Shown piece by piece: positions 19,086 through 28,955 of a stretch of 64,000 nucleotides of DNA. Source of the DNA: an uncultured Gemmatimonadales bacterium (GTDB lineage Bacteria; Gemmatimonadota; Gemmatimonadetes; Longimicrobiales; Gaopeijiaceae); assembly GCA_963823035.1 (NCBI GenBank), contig CAWGKG010000010.1:160001-224000 (forward strand), written 5' to 3'. Position 1 is the stretch's first letter, and each line of letters starts with the position of its first letter. The notes beneath the pieces are model-generated. The model saw nothing but the letters and a program-made list of their open reading frames with translations. It had not been told where the DNA came from and ran no database searches. The translations under genes and the position numbers were made by a program.

Positions 19086-21819
19086 CTACGATCCGTCGGA
19101 GATCGCCTTCTTCCCCTTCGGCCCCTCCTTCCCCTTGTCGAGGAAGGGCACGCCGTCGGCCATCCACGCCGGCGCTGGCGCCTCCATGAGCCAGTGGTCG
19201 AAGAACTGCTTCATGCGGACCTGGAAGTCCTTCTGGTTCGCTTCCTTGGCCAGGTGGTGCGGCTCGTCGGGATAGGACAGGAGGATCACGTCCTTCCCCA
19301 GTCGCCGCGCGGCGGTGTACAGCTCGAGGCCCTGGTTCCAGTCCACCGCGCCGTCGGCCGTCCCCTGCAGGATCAGGAAGGGCGTCGAGATGTCGGGTAC
19401 GTGCTCGATGGGCGACTGGCTCCGCCACCGCTCCGGGTCGTCCCACGGCTGGTCGCCCATGCGCCCCTGGCTCCACTGCAGGATGGCGCCGTTCCCGTTG
19501 CCGGAGGCCTTGTAGAGGATGTTGTTCATGCTCATGAGGTCGGTGAGCGGCGCGCCGGTCACGATGCACGCGAACATGTCCGTCTGCGTCAGGATGAACG
19601 ACGTCTCGTAGCCGCCCCACGAGTGGCCCTGCAGCCCGATGCGCGCGGGATCCGCGTAGCCGAGCTCCACGACCTTCTTCGCCGCGGCCGTCACGTCGTC
19701 CAGCGCCGAGCTGCCCGGATAGCCCATGTCGTAGACGATGTCGGGCATGAGCACCAGGTACCCGTTCGACGCATACGTGGACATGTGGGGCCGATCGTCG
19801 TACACGGGACGGCTGAACTCGTGGTGTCGCTGGCTCATCTTCTCGTAGAAGTAGACGATCATGGGGTACTGCTTCCCCGGCTCGTAGCCCGCGGGGAGCG
19901 TGAGCGTCGCCTGTAGCTTGTTGCCACGCTCGTCCACGTAGTCGACGAGCACGCGGCTTCCCCACGCGAACTCGGAGATCTGCGGGTTCGCGTCCGTGAC
20001 CCTGCGCGGGCTCTTCAGCGCGGCGCCGCTCACCCAGTAGTCCGGGAACTCCTCGAAGGTCTGGCGCGTGAAGGCGAAGCGGTCGGCGTCCTTCGCCTTC
20101 GTGAGGTCGTCGATCATCTCGTCGCCGAAGAGGAGCGGCTCGGGGTCGCTCCCGGGGCGGGCGCGGAAGTAGCCGGACTTCTTCGTCCACTCCCCGTACG
20201 CGGACAGGATCGCGCCGTTCGGGTCGGTCCAGTCGGCCTCGCGGTCCAGCCGCACGACGCGGAACCGGATCTGGTCGCGCGCGCCGCGGCCCCCGGTCAC
20301 GGCCGTGGCCTTCCCGCCGGCGAGCGGCACCGCGTACACGTCGAAGCGGGTGTCGAGGAGGACCTTCCCGTCCTTCGTCCACCCGTCCACGCCCCACGCC
20401 GGGCGCTCCGCGACCTGGTCGAACTCCCGGCTCATGAAGTCGATGCCGGTGCTCGCGGACAGGTTCACGCGCGCGAGCGTCTCCAGCTCGACGGCGTAGA
20501 CCGAGTCCCCCTGCGCGTAGACGAAGTACTTCCCGTCGGGCGAGCTGCCCATGGGGCGGCGCACGGCCTGGGCGATCACGCCCTCGGCGCCGCTCGCCGG
20601 ATCGAGCCGTACGTAGTCGGCGCGCCCGCCCTCCACGTCGAGGTCGTCGCGGTAGGCGGCGTCACGCCGTCCGACGGCCCACCGACCCTTCCCCGCCACG
20701 TCCACACGGAGCATGTCCTCGGTGGCGAGGCGCACGAAGTGGCGCGCCTGCGGGTCGTACGCGGAGGTGTACGTGAAGCGGCGGTCCGCCTGCGCCTGCC
20801 TCATCTGCACGGACTGGAGGCGGTCGTCGCGCCCAGTGCCAGACGTCGACATTGGCCTTCTCCTCCTCGTCTTCCTCGTCCTTCAGGGAGTCCTCCTGCT
20901 CCTTGATGCCGACCACCAGGCGCGACCCGTCCTCCGTCCAGTGCGTGCTCGCCAGCTCGGAGAGCACGAAGCCCTCCGGGAAGGCGGCGTCCGTGGCGGG
21001 GTCGTACGTGTCGACGCGGGGCGACGTGCCGATGCCTCGCGCCACCACGAGCGCGTTCGCCCGCAGCGTCTTCCCCTCGGGCTTCTCACCGCGCAGCACG
21101 GCCACGTCGCTCGCGGCCTCGCTCCAGGTGAGGTCCTCGAAGCGGGCGGCGCCCGTGCTCAGCGGACGGATGCGGCCCTCCGCCGCGTCCACGACGTAGA
21201 GCCCGTTACCCGCTAGTTCGGCCGCGTCGACCACGTACGCCAGGTGCGTGCCGGCTTCGTCGAAGGCGAACTCGGAGACGTTGCCGAACGAGAGGACGGT
21301 CCCGGCCTGGAGGTCGCGCAGGAGGAGGTCCGAGCCGGCGTGCTTGGCGTCCGGGTCGGTCCGATCGCGGTGCACCGCCAGGAATCGCCCGCCCTCCGAG
21401 AAGGCGAAGGCGCGCACGCCGGCCTCGGTCGTCGTGTCCCCGCTTCGCAGGTCGACGAGCTCGAGCGTCCGGGGCACGGGCTTCTTCTGCTTGCGGAGCT
21501 TGTCCGCGTCCTTCTTCGGCGGCTCGGTCAGAAAGGCGACCCAGCGTCCGTCGTCGGAGAACTCCGCGCCGCTTCCGTTCGTCGCCTCGTGCACCGTGGT
21601 GCCGTCGAGCTGCTTCACGAAGAAGGTGGCGTCCCCGTCGTTGGGCTGAAGCGCATAGGCCAGCCACGCTCCATCGGGTGACAGCGCCGCCTGCGTGACG
21701 CGGTTCCACGCGCCGTAGTCCTCGAGCGTGAGAGGACGTTTCTGCTGCGCGGCCGAAGAGGCCGGAAGGGCCAGGGCCAGCAGGAGGAGGAGGGCGGAAG
21801 GGCGGGGGTGTCGTCGCAT
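19086..21819 (-). CDS. Exported S9 family peptidase; frameshift near 20830
   Basis: Signal peptide ending SAA-QQK; propeller repeats; GHSWGGY, DGAVD, EPHH; paralogous to 5942-8704. Confidence 0.88.
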
Positions 21820-21903
21820 GGTCCGGATCCGCGAGGGTGATGGAAACGTCTCCGGATGCTGCGCCGGGAGGCGCCGACGCACAAGGCCGACAGGGGTGCC
21901 GCG

Positions 21904-23420
21904 CTACCCTCCCACCCGCACCTCGAGTGCCGCCTCCGCGGTGCGCCTCGGGGTCCACCCCGGACCGGCGAACCGTGACGATGCGGTCCCCCGCGGGCCA
22001 CAGCACCTCCACGTCCACCGGCTGGCTGTTGGCGAGCCCGAAGTTCACCGGGAGGTCGCTCTGGCTGTCGTAGCCGGAGCCCGAGTCGACCACGGCGGAC
22101 GCCAGCGCCGTCGCCGTTCCGGCCGCGTAGACGCGCACCAGCGCTCCCGGCTCGCGTCGCCCGCCCCTCCCCGTCGAGCACCCGCACGGCCAGGGCGTGC
22201 CGAGCGTACTCGGGGCGGAGCAGGTTCTGGAAGAGGAGGTGCATGCCGGTCTCCTGGGCTCCCGTGAGCGCCAGGTCCAGGTCACCGTCGCGATCGTAGT
22301 CCACGAAGGTGGCGCCGTGGTCGGCCTCCACGTGGAGCTGCGGCGGCGTCGCGTCCACGAAGGCTCCGTCGTCCCGTCGGAAGAGGAGGTCGGGGTAGCT
22401 CGTCCCCCCGGTCACCGTCCCGTTGACGTACAGGTCGGGCCGACCGTCGTGGTCCACGTCGCCCCATACGCAGGTGTCGAAGAAGGAGTCGGTGGCCACC
22501 CCCTCCGCCTCCGCGACGTTCTCCCACGTCCCCGCTCCCCCGGGATTCCGGAAGAGGCCGTTGGTCCCGTAGTTCGCCGTGAAGAGGTCGAGGTCGCCGT
22601 CGCCGTCGAAGTCCACGGCGCAGGGGCGCACGGTGCCCTGGTGCTCGTCGCCGAGCGCACGGCCGCCGTCGGCCAGCCCCCACGCCTGCGCCGCGTCCTC
22701 GTACGTGCCGCCGTTCGCGAGCCAGAGGCCGTTGGCGTCGCCGTCCATGTTGGCCACGTAGACGTCGAGATCGCCGTCCTGGTCGGCGTCGAGCCAGACG
22801 GCGCCGACGGAGCGGCGGGGGTCGCCGATGCCGGTGGCCTCCGTGACGTCGGTGAAGGTGCCGCCGTCGTTGCGCCACAGCCGGTTGGGCGCGTCGCGCA
22901 GCGCGAGGAAGAGGTCGAGGTCGTCGTCACCGTCCACGTCCACCCACGACGCCTGGCGCGTCGCGACGGAATCGACCACGAGCCCGACCTCGGCCGCGAC
23001 CTCGACGAAGCCCGCGACGCCGTCGTTCCTCCACAGCGCGAGGGCGGGCGCGTCCGCCGCGTAGCCCAGAAGGAGGTCGGGGTCGCCGTCGCCGTCGAAG
23101 TCGCCCCACGCGGAGGTACGCACGCGCTTCTCGACGACGAGGTGCAGCGAGCCCGCCACGTCCGTGAACCCCTCGGTGCCGTCGTTGCGGTAGAGTCGGC
23201 TCGGCGCGCCGTTGAAACCGACGAAGCGGTCGGGATCGCCGTCGCCGTCGAAGTCGGCCCACGCGTCGGTGAGCGTTCCGCCGACGTCGAAGGCGAGGAC
23301 GGGCACGGGCACCAGGCGGATCGGCTCGGGCCCCGTCGAGCGCACGTTCCATCCCCGCCAGACCAGGACGGCGCCGACTCCGACCAGGAGGAGGGCGACG
23401 ACCTCCCCGCGGCCCTTCAC
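21904..23420 (-). CDS. CRTAC1-like FG-GAP/VCBS repeat protein with C-terminal ASPIC/UnbV domain; frameshifts near 22155 and 21930
   Basis: Seven D.D.DG..DL-type repeats; SGSGYDSQS...FGL; ends ALEVRVGG-TAG. Confidence 0.82.
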
Positions 23421-24247
23421 CGGCCGCGCACGGTGTTGTGCAGGACGCCCACGCCCTCCACCTCGACCTCCACCACGTCGCCGTTCGCCATCGCCTTCGT
23501 GCTCCCGGGGGTACCCGTGAAGATGAGGTCGCCCGGGCTCAGCGTGACGTAGCGTGAGACGTAGCTGACGATCTCCGAGGTGTTGAAGATCAGGTCCGTG
23601 GTGCGCTGGTGCTGACGGACCTCACCGTTCAGTCGCGTCTCGACCAGCACGTCGTCGGGGTCGAGGCCGACCGCGATGACGGGCCCGACCGGCCCGAAGG
23701 TGTCCGATCCCTTCGCGCGGAACCACTGGAGGTCGGCCGCCTGCCAATCGCGCTCGGAGACGTCGTTGCCGGCCGTGATGCCGAAGATGCACCCGGGGGC
23801 CTCGGCCTCGGAGACGTTCGAGCACGTCTTGCCGATGACGAGGACCATCTCCCCCTCGTAGTGCAGGTTGTTCGCGTCCGGCGGGCGTACGATGTCGTCT
23901 CCCTGGCCGACCAGCGAGGTCGGGTACTTGGCGAAGAGACCGGGGTAGGCCGCCGGGTCGCGCTCGCCCAGGTGGCTCTGGTAGTTGAGCCCGACCGCGA
24001 TGACCTTCTGTGGGTCCGTGGGCGGCAGGAGCTTCACGTCCGAGAGGTCGAGCCATCGGTCCGTGGTGCGGTGCCGACCGAAGAGGTCACCGTCGATCTC
24101 CTGGATGCGCTTCCCCTGGAGCGAGCCCCACGCGGTGCGCCCGTCGACCTGGTAGCGGACGTAGTGGGTCACGCCGGGAGCGCTCTGGGCGGCGAGGGGA
24201 GCGGCGGCGATCAGCGCAACCGCGAGGGCGAGCGTGAGGGGGCGCAT
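23417..24247 (-). CDS. Fumarylacetoacetate hydrolase family protein with N-terminal signal peptide
   Basis: KVIAVGLNY..H, HYEGE, GNDVSERD, AKGSDTF, GD.IFTGTP; starts MRPLTLALAVALIAAAPLAAQ; RBS GGAG. Confidence 0.88.
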   Translation of the reverse strand: MRPLTLALAVALIAAAPLAAQSAPGVTHYVRYQVDGRTAWGSLQGKRIQEIDGDLFGRHRTTDRWLDLSDVKLLPPTDPQKVIAVGLNYQSHLGERDPAAYPGLFAKYPTSLVGQGDDIVRPPDANNLHYEGEMVLVIGKTCSNVSEAEAPGCIFGITAGNDVSERDWQAADLQWFRAKGSDTFGPVGPVIAVGLDPDDVLVETRLNGEVRQHQRTTDLIFNTSEIVSYVSRYVTLSPGDLIFTGTPGSTKAMANGDVVEVEVEGVGVLHNTVRGR

Positions 24248-24421
24248 GGGTTTCTCCGGGTCGGGTGGTGTCCGCATGCTGGGGCCGCGGGTGCGGGCGG
24301 GGCAAGCGGCCCGCGCTCGCCGTGCTGGCTTCCGGCCCCCCTCCGGGGATAACGTGGGCCCCGACGACACCCCAGGGGGGGCGTGCGCCACGGCCCCTCG
24401 TCCTGCCCCCGGAGTCCGATC

Positions 24422-25015
24422 ATGCTCGACGCGTTCCCCTCCCGTCGCCACTTCATCCAGCTCTCGGGCGCCGGCGCCCTGGGCGCCTGGATGACCCTCG
24501 GCCTGGCCGGCTGCCGCGAGGCGGCGGAGTCTGCGGCCGAGGCCATGAAGACGGGCGAGGGCCCCAGGGTCCTCGAGGACGGAGAGCGACGCACGCTCGA
24601 GTCCTTCTCCGACCGCATCCTCCCCGCCGACGGCGAGGAGCCCGGCGCCGTGGCCATGGGCGCCGTGGTCTTCATGGATCACTTCCTGGCCGACAAGCCG
24701 GGACAGCTCGAGGACGTGAGGGCCGCGGTGAAGACGCTGGACGCCAAGGCGGGAGAGGCGCAGACCGGCGCAGGGGGCTTCGCCGACCTGGCGCCCGACG
24801 GGCAGGACGCGCTCCTGGACGAGCTGTCGGAATCCGATCCCCAGGCCGTCTTTCCCCTGTGGACGCTGGTCATGTTCGGGGTGCTGGCCGACCCGTCCCA
24901 CGGCGGGAACCTCGACAAGGCCGGGTGGGCCATGATCGGCTTCGACGACCGGCACGCCTGGCAGCCGCCGTTCGGCTACTACGACGACCCGGCGACCCGC
25001 GGAGGTGAGGCGTGA
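24422..25015 (+). CDS. Gluconate 2-dehydrogenase subunit 3-like Tat lipoprotein
   Basis: SRRHFIQ twin-Arg, LAGC; ILP...PGA, FMD, DP.HGGN....GW..IGF. Confidence 0.85.
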   Translation: MLDAFPSRRHFIQLSGAGALGAWMTLGLAGCREAAESAAEAMKTGEGPRVLEDGERRTLESFSDRILPADGEEPGAVAMGAVVFMDHFLADKPGQLEDVRAAVKTLDAKAGEAQTGAGGFADLAPDGQDALLDELSESDPQAVFPLWTLVMFGVLADPSHGGNLDKAGWAMIGFDDRHAWQPPFGYYDDPATRGGEA

Positions 25016-26721
25016 GCCCCCGGACGCGCAGCGTCCCCCTGAGCCGGCGGGCGCTCCTGGCGGGGGCCGTGCCCTTCGGGCGCAGCTACCAGACCCGGGA
25101 CGAGGTGGACTTCGTCGTCGTCGGGTCCGGGGCGGCGGGCGGCGTCATCGCCCGTGACCTCTCCAAAGCGGGCTTCAGCGTGGTGGTGCTGGAGCAGGGG
25201 CCGTACCGGAAGGCCGCCGACGTCAGCCACGACGAGTTGGACATCGCCATCCAGAACGCGCTGGCGGGCGACGATCCGCAGACCTTCCGGACCACGGCGG
25301 CGGACGAGGCGGCCCCGTTGCAGGGGCCGTTTCCTCCGGCCTTCTACGCCCACACCGTGGGGGGAAGCAGCGCGCATTTCACCGCCAACTACTGGCGTTT
25401 CCGCCCCGTGGACTTCAACGAGCGGAGCCGGCTGGGCGCCATTCCGGGCACGGCCCTCGCGGACTGGCCCATCACCTACGAGGAGCTGGAGCCGTACTAC
25501 ACCAGGGTGGATTGGGAGGTGGGGGTCTCGGGGGCGCCGGGGCCGAACGACCCGCCGCGCTCGCGCGGCTATCCCCATCCGCCGCTCCCCGTGAAGTCGT
25601 CGGGCGTGCTCTTCGAGAAGGGCGCCCGGGCGATGGGCTACCAGCCCTACCCGGCGCCCATGGCCATCCTGTCCGAGGCCCGGCCGGGCCGGAGCGCCTG
25701 CGTGCATTGCGGCTTCTGCATGGGCTTCATGTGCGAGATGAACGCCAAGTCGTCGACGCTGGCGTCCATGATTCCCGAGGCCGAGGCCACGGGAAGGTGC
25801 GAGATCCGGTCCGAGTGTACGGCCCACCGCGTCGAGACCGACGCCTCGGGGCGGGTGACCCAGGTGGTCTACTTCGACAGGGACGGAAACGAGCAGGCCC
25901 AGAAGGCGAAGGCCGTGGTGCTCAGCGCCAACGGTGCCGAGACGCCGCGCCTGCTGCTCCTGTCCGAGTCGAGCCTCTTCCCGCACGGCCTGGCCAACGG
26001 CAGCGGGGTGGTGGGCAAGCACCTCATGTTCAACGGCAACGGCTCCGTCCAGGCGCTGTTCGACGAGCCTCTCAACGAGTACAAGAGCGTGCAGGTGACG
26101 CGGGTCTGCACCGACTGGTACGCGTCCGATGCCGCGCGCGGCTTCTACGGCGGCGGCGGGATGGACGGGCGCCAGATCTTCAACTCCCCCATCCTGTTCG
26201 CCCTGGCGGGCATGCCGCCGGACGCCCCCTTCCGGGGCCCGGAGCTGCGGCGTTTCCTCTCCCATGAGTTCACGCGCAGCATGATGGTGGCGACCCACTC
26301 CACGTCGCTTCCGCTGGAGACCAACACGATCACGCTGGACGACGAGATGAAGGACCGCTTCGGGCGACCGGTCGTTCGCGTCACGTACAGGGACCACCCC
26401 GACGACCTGAAGATGGTCGACTTCCTCCAGGAGCGCGCCAAGGAGATCCTCGAGGCCGCGGGTGCCAGGCGAACCTGGTCCTTCCCGGCCCAGGAGCAGA
26501 ACGTGGGGTTCCATCTGCTGGGCACCTGCCGCATGGGCGACGACCCGTCGTCGTCGGTGGTGGACCGGTACCACCGGACGCACGAGGTTCCGAACCTCTT
26601 CATCTGCGACGGGAGCAGCTTGGTCACGAGCGGGCGCGGCCAGCCCACCATGACCATCTCGGCGCTGGCGTTCCGGGCCGCGGAGCATGTCGCGGAGGCG
26701 GCCCGAAAGGGCGACATTTAG
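25012..26721 (+). CDS. GMC-family FAD oxidoreductase (large subunit)
   Basis: VVVGSGAAGG, DWPITYEELEPYY, CVHCGFCMGFMC Fe-S motif, HLLGTCRMG, GQPTMT; GTGA overlap. Confidence 0.92.
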   Translation: MSPRTRSVPLSRRALLAGAVPFGRSYQTRDEVDFVVVGSGAAGGVIARDLSKAGFSVVVLEQGPYRKAADVSHDELDIAIQNALAGDDPQTFRTTAADEAAPLQGPFPPAFYAHTVGGSSAHFTANYWRFRPVDFNERSRLGAIPGTALADWPITYEELEPYYTRVDWEVGVSGAPGPNDPPRSRGYPHPPLPVKSSGVLFEKGARAMGYQPYPAPMAILSEARPGRSACVHCGFCMGFMCEMNAKSSTLASMIPEAEATGRCEIRSECTAHRVETDASGRVTQVVYFDRDGNEQAQKAKAVVLSANGAETPRLLLLSESSLFPHGLANGSGVVGKHLMFNGNGSVQALFDEPLNEYKSVQVTRVCTDWYASDAARGFYGGGGMDGRQIFNSPILFALAGMPPDAPFRGPELRRFLSHEFTRSMMVATHSTSLPLETNTITLDDEMKDRFGRPVVRVTYRDHPDDLKMVDFLQERAKEILEAAGARRTWSFPAQEQNVGFHLLGTCRMGDDPSSSVVDRYHRTHEVPNLFICDGSSLVTSGRGQPTMTISALAFRAAEHVAEAARKGDI

Positions 26722-26797
26722 GGGCTTCGCGGCGGCTCCCCCCGGGGTGCGCCGCGTGGATGCCGCCACAGGTCGCCGAGTCGCGGGAGTGCGCAGC

Positions 26798-27958
26798 ATG
26801 CGTACGGTCCGGATGCCGCCGACCCTCCCGTTTCTGCTCGCGCTCGCCGTAGCGGGCGCGACGGCACCGATGCGCGCCTCCGCCCAGGACGCCGTCGTTC
26901 GAACCGTGCTCTTCTACTCCCCGACCTGTCCGCACTGCCACAAGGTGATGACGGAGGACCTGCCTCCGCTGGTGGATCGGTACGGCGATCGGCTCGTCAT
27001 CGTCGGCATCGACGTGTCGTCGCGAAGGGGGCAGGCGCTCCTCCAGGCCACCGCCGACCACTTCGGGATCCCCCAGGGGGACGTGGGCGTGCCCCTGTTG
27101 GTGGCCGGGGACGAGGTGATGATCGGCTCGGAGGAGATCCCCGAGCGCCTTCCCGGGATCATCGAGCGGGCGCTCGCCGGGGAGGGCGTCGACTGGCCGC
27201 AGGTCGGCACGCTGCGCGAAGCCCTGGCGGCGCAGGGGCTCCTGGAGGAGGAGCCCGAACCAGCGGCGGACACGCCCGCGACGGGCGCCCCCGCGACGGA
27301 GGCGACCGCCAGGGACACGACCGCGACCGAGGCGCCCGCGGCCGAAACGCCGACGACGGGGGTCACGCGCTCGCTTACGCCGGGCGGCATGGACGAGGGG
27401 CCGTCGGTGGTCGACCGCCTCCTGCGCGACCCCCTCGGCAACGGCGTCGCGATCGTGGTGTTGCTCGGCCTCGTGCTCTCCCTCGGCGTCGCCGTCCGGC
27501 TGGCGCGCGCGCCCTCGATCGGCCGCCCTTCGATACCCCCGTGGCTCGTGCCGCTTCTCTCCGTCGTGGGGATGGGGGTGGCGGCGTACCTCTCCTTCAT
27601 CGAGGTCACGGGCCAGAGCGCCGTATGCGGACCGGTGGGGGATTGCAACGCCGTGCAGCAGAGTGCGTACGCGCACCTCTTCGGCGTGCTTCCGGTGGGG
27701 ATCCTCGGGCTCTTCGGCTATGCGGCGATCCTGGCGACGTGGAGCCTCGGCCGGAGCGGCCCACCCGCTGCCCGGAGGGGCGCGCTGCGCTTGCGGTGGG
27801 GGATGGCGTTCGCGGCCACGGCCTTCTCGGTCTACCTGACCTTCCTGGAGCCGTTCGTGATCGGCGCCACCTGCATGTGGTGCATCACGTCGAGCGTGGT
27901 GGTGGCCCTCCTCCTCCTGGCGACGACCGTGGAGCTGAGGCGGCCGGCGGCCGCGTAG
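26798..27958 (+). CDS. Thioredoxin-like (CPHC) domain fused to vitamin K epoxide reductase (VKOR) domain
   Basis: Signal peptide; FYSPTCPHC; VKOR motifs CGPVGDC..V..S.YA, CMWC and TM helices. Confidence 0.85.
   Translation: MRTVRMPPTLPFLLALAVAGATAPMRASAQDAVVRTVLFYSPTCPHCHKVMTEDLPPLVDRYGDRLVIVGIDVSSRRGQALLQATADHFGIPQGDVGVPLLVAGDEVMIGSEEIPERLPGIIERALAGEGVDWPQVGTLREALAAQGLLEEEPEPAADTPATGAPATEATARDTTATEAPAAETPTTGVTRSLTPGGMDEGPSVVDRLLRDPLGNGVAIVVLLGLVLSLGVAVRLARAPSIGRPSIPPWLVPLLSVVGMGVAAYLSFIEVTGQSAVCGPVGDCNAVQQSAYAHLFGVLPVGILGLFGYAAILATWSLGRSGPPAARRGALRLRWGMAFAATAFSVYLTFLEPFVIGATCMWCITSSVVVALLLLATTVELRRPAAA
27266..27355 (+). repeat. Six degenerate 15-bp tandem units encoding a 5-aa Thr/Ala/Pro linker
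   Basis: gcggacacgcccgcg / acgggcgcccccgcg / acggaggcgaccgcc / agggacacgaccgcg / accgaggcgcccgcg / gccgaaacgccgacg. Confidence 0.7.
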
Positions 27959-28007
27959 CGACGCGGGGGCGGTCGCGCGCGCGCGCGCCCCGACTATCTT
28001 CTTCGCC

Positions 28008-28955
28008 ATGAGACCGTATCCCGTCGTTCCGACGGTGGCCGCCGCGCTCGCGCTCGTCCTCTCGGCGGCGCCGTCCTCCGCGCAGCAGGTCGCCGATTCC
28101 GCCTTCGCCCCGGACGTCGGTCCGCCCGCCTTCGCGTCGGGTACGGGCCCGCACGTCGCCATCGACGGCGCGCACCACGACTTCCACACCGTGGACGGCC
28201 GCTACCTGAGCTTCGCACGGCTGCTTCGCCGAGACGGCTACGTGGTCGACGGCTCCGACGAGCCCCTGAGCGCGCAGGCGCTCGAGGGCGTGGACGTGCT
28301 CGTCATCGCGAACGCCCTGGCCGAGCGCAACGCCCTCGCCGACGACTGGACGCTCCCCACGCCCTCGGCGTTCACCCGCGCCGAGATCGAGGCCGTGCGC
28401 GCCTGGGTGGACGGGGGCGGCTCGCTCCTGCTCATCGCGGACCACATGCCCTTCCCGGGGGCGGCCCACGACCTCGCGGCGGCGTTCGGCTTCGAGCTGC
28501 GCAACGGCTTCGCCCTCGAGGGCGCCCGGGGCGGCGGCCCCCTGATCTTCCGGCGCTCGGACGGCTCCCTGGCGGGACACGCGATCACGGACGGTGGCCG
28601 GCCCGGAGCACGCATCGACTCCGTCGCGACGTTCACGGGTGAGGCGTTCCGTCCCGCACCGGGCGCCACCTCCCTCCTCACCTTCCGGCCGGGCGTCGTC
28701 TCCCTCGAGCCGGACACGGCCTGGACCTTCCACGACGACACCCCCCACGTCGACGTGGGCGGGTGGTCGCAGGGCGCGGTCGCGGAATTCGGACGGGGGC
28801 GTGTGGCGGTCTTCGGAGAGGCGGCCATGTTCTCCGCGCAGCTCGCCGGTGCGCAGCGCGCGCCGATGGGGATGAACCACCCGATCGCCGCCCAGAACCC
28901 CCGCTTCCTCCTGAACCTGATGCGCTGGCTGAGCGGTCCGGAGGGCGCGCGATGA
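28008..28955 (+). CDS. Exported class I glutamine-amidotransferase-like fold protein (DUF4350-like)
   Basis: Signal peptide ending SSA-QQ; IDGAHHDFH, LVIANA, WVDGGGSLLLIADH.PF, GRGRVAVFGE. Confidence 0.6.
   Translation: MRPYPVVPTVAAALALVLSAAPSSAQQVADSAFAPDVGPPAFASGTGPHVAIDGAHHDFHTVDGRYLSFARLLRRDGYVVDGSDEPLSAQALEGVDVLVIANALAERNALADDWTLPTPSAFTRAEIEAVRAWVDGGGSLLLIADHMPFPGAAHDLAAAFGFELRNGFALEGARGGGPLIFRRSDGSLAGHAITDGGRPGARIDSVATFTGEAFRPAPGATSLLTFRPGVVSLEPDTAWTFHDDTPHVDVGGWSQGAVAEFGRGRVAVFGEAAMFSAQLAGAQRAPMGMNHPIAAQNPRFLLNLMRWLSGPEGAR

Noticed and set aside
27266..27355. Tandem repeat as possible CRISPR or mobile-element end
   Set aside because: Degenerate in-frame 15-mers with no spacers and no cas or transposase genes; it is a coding linker.
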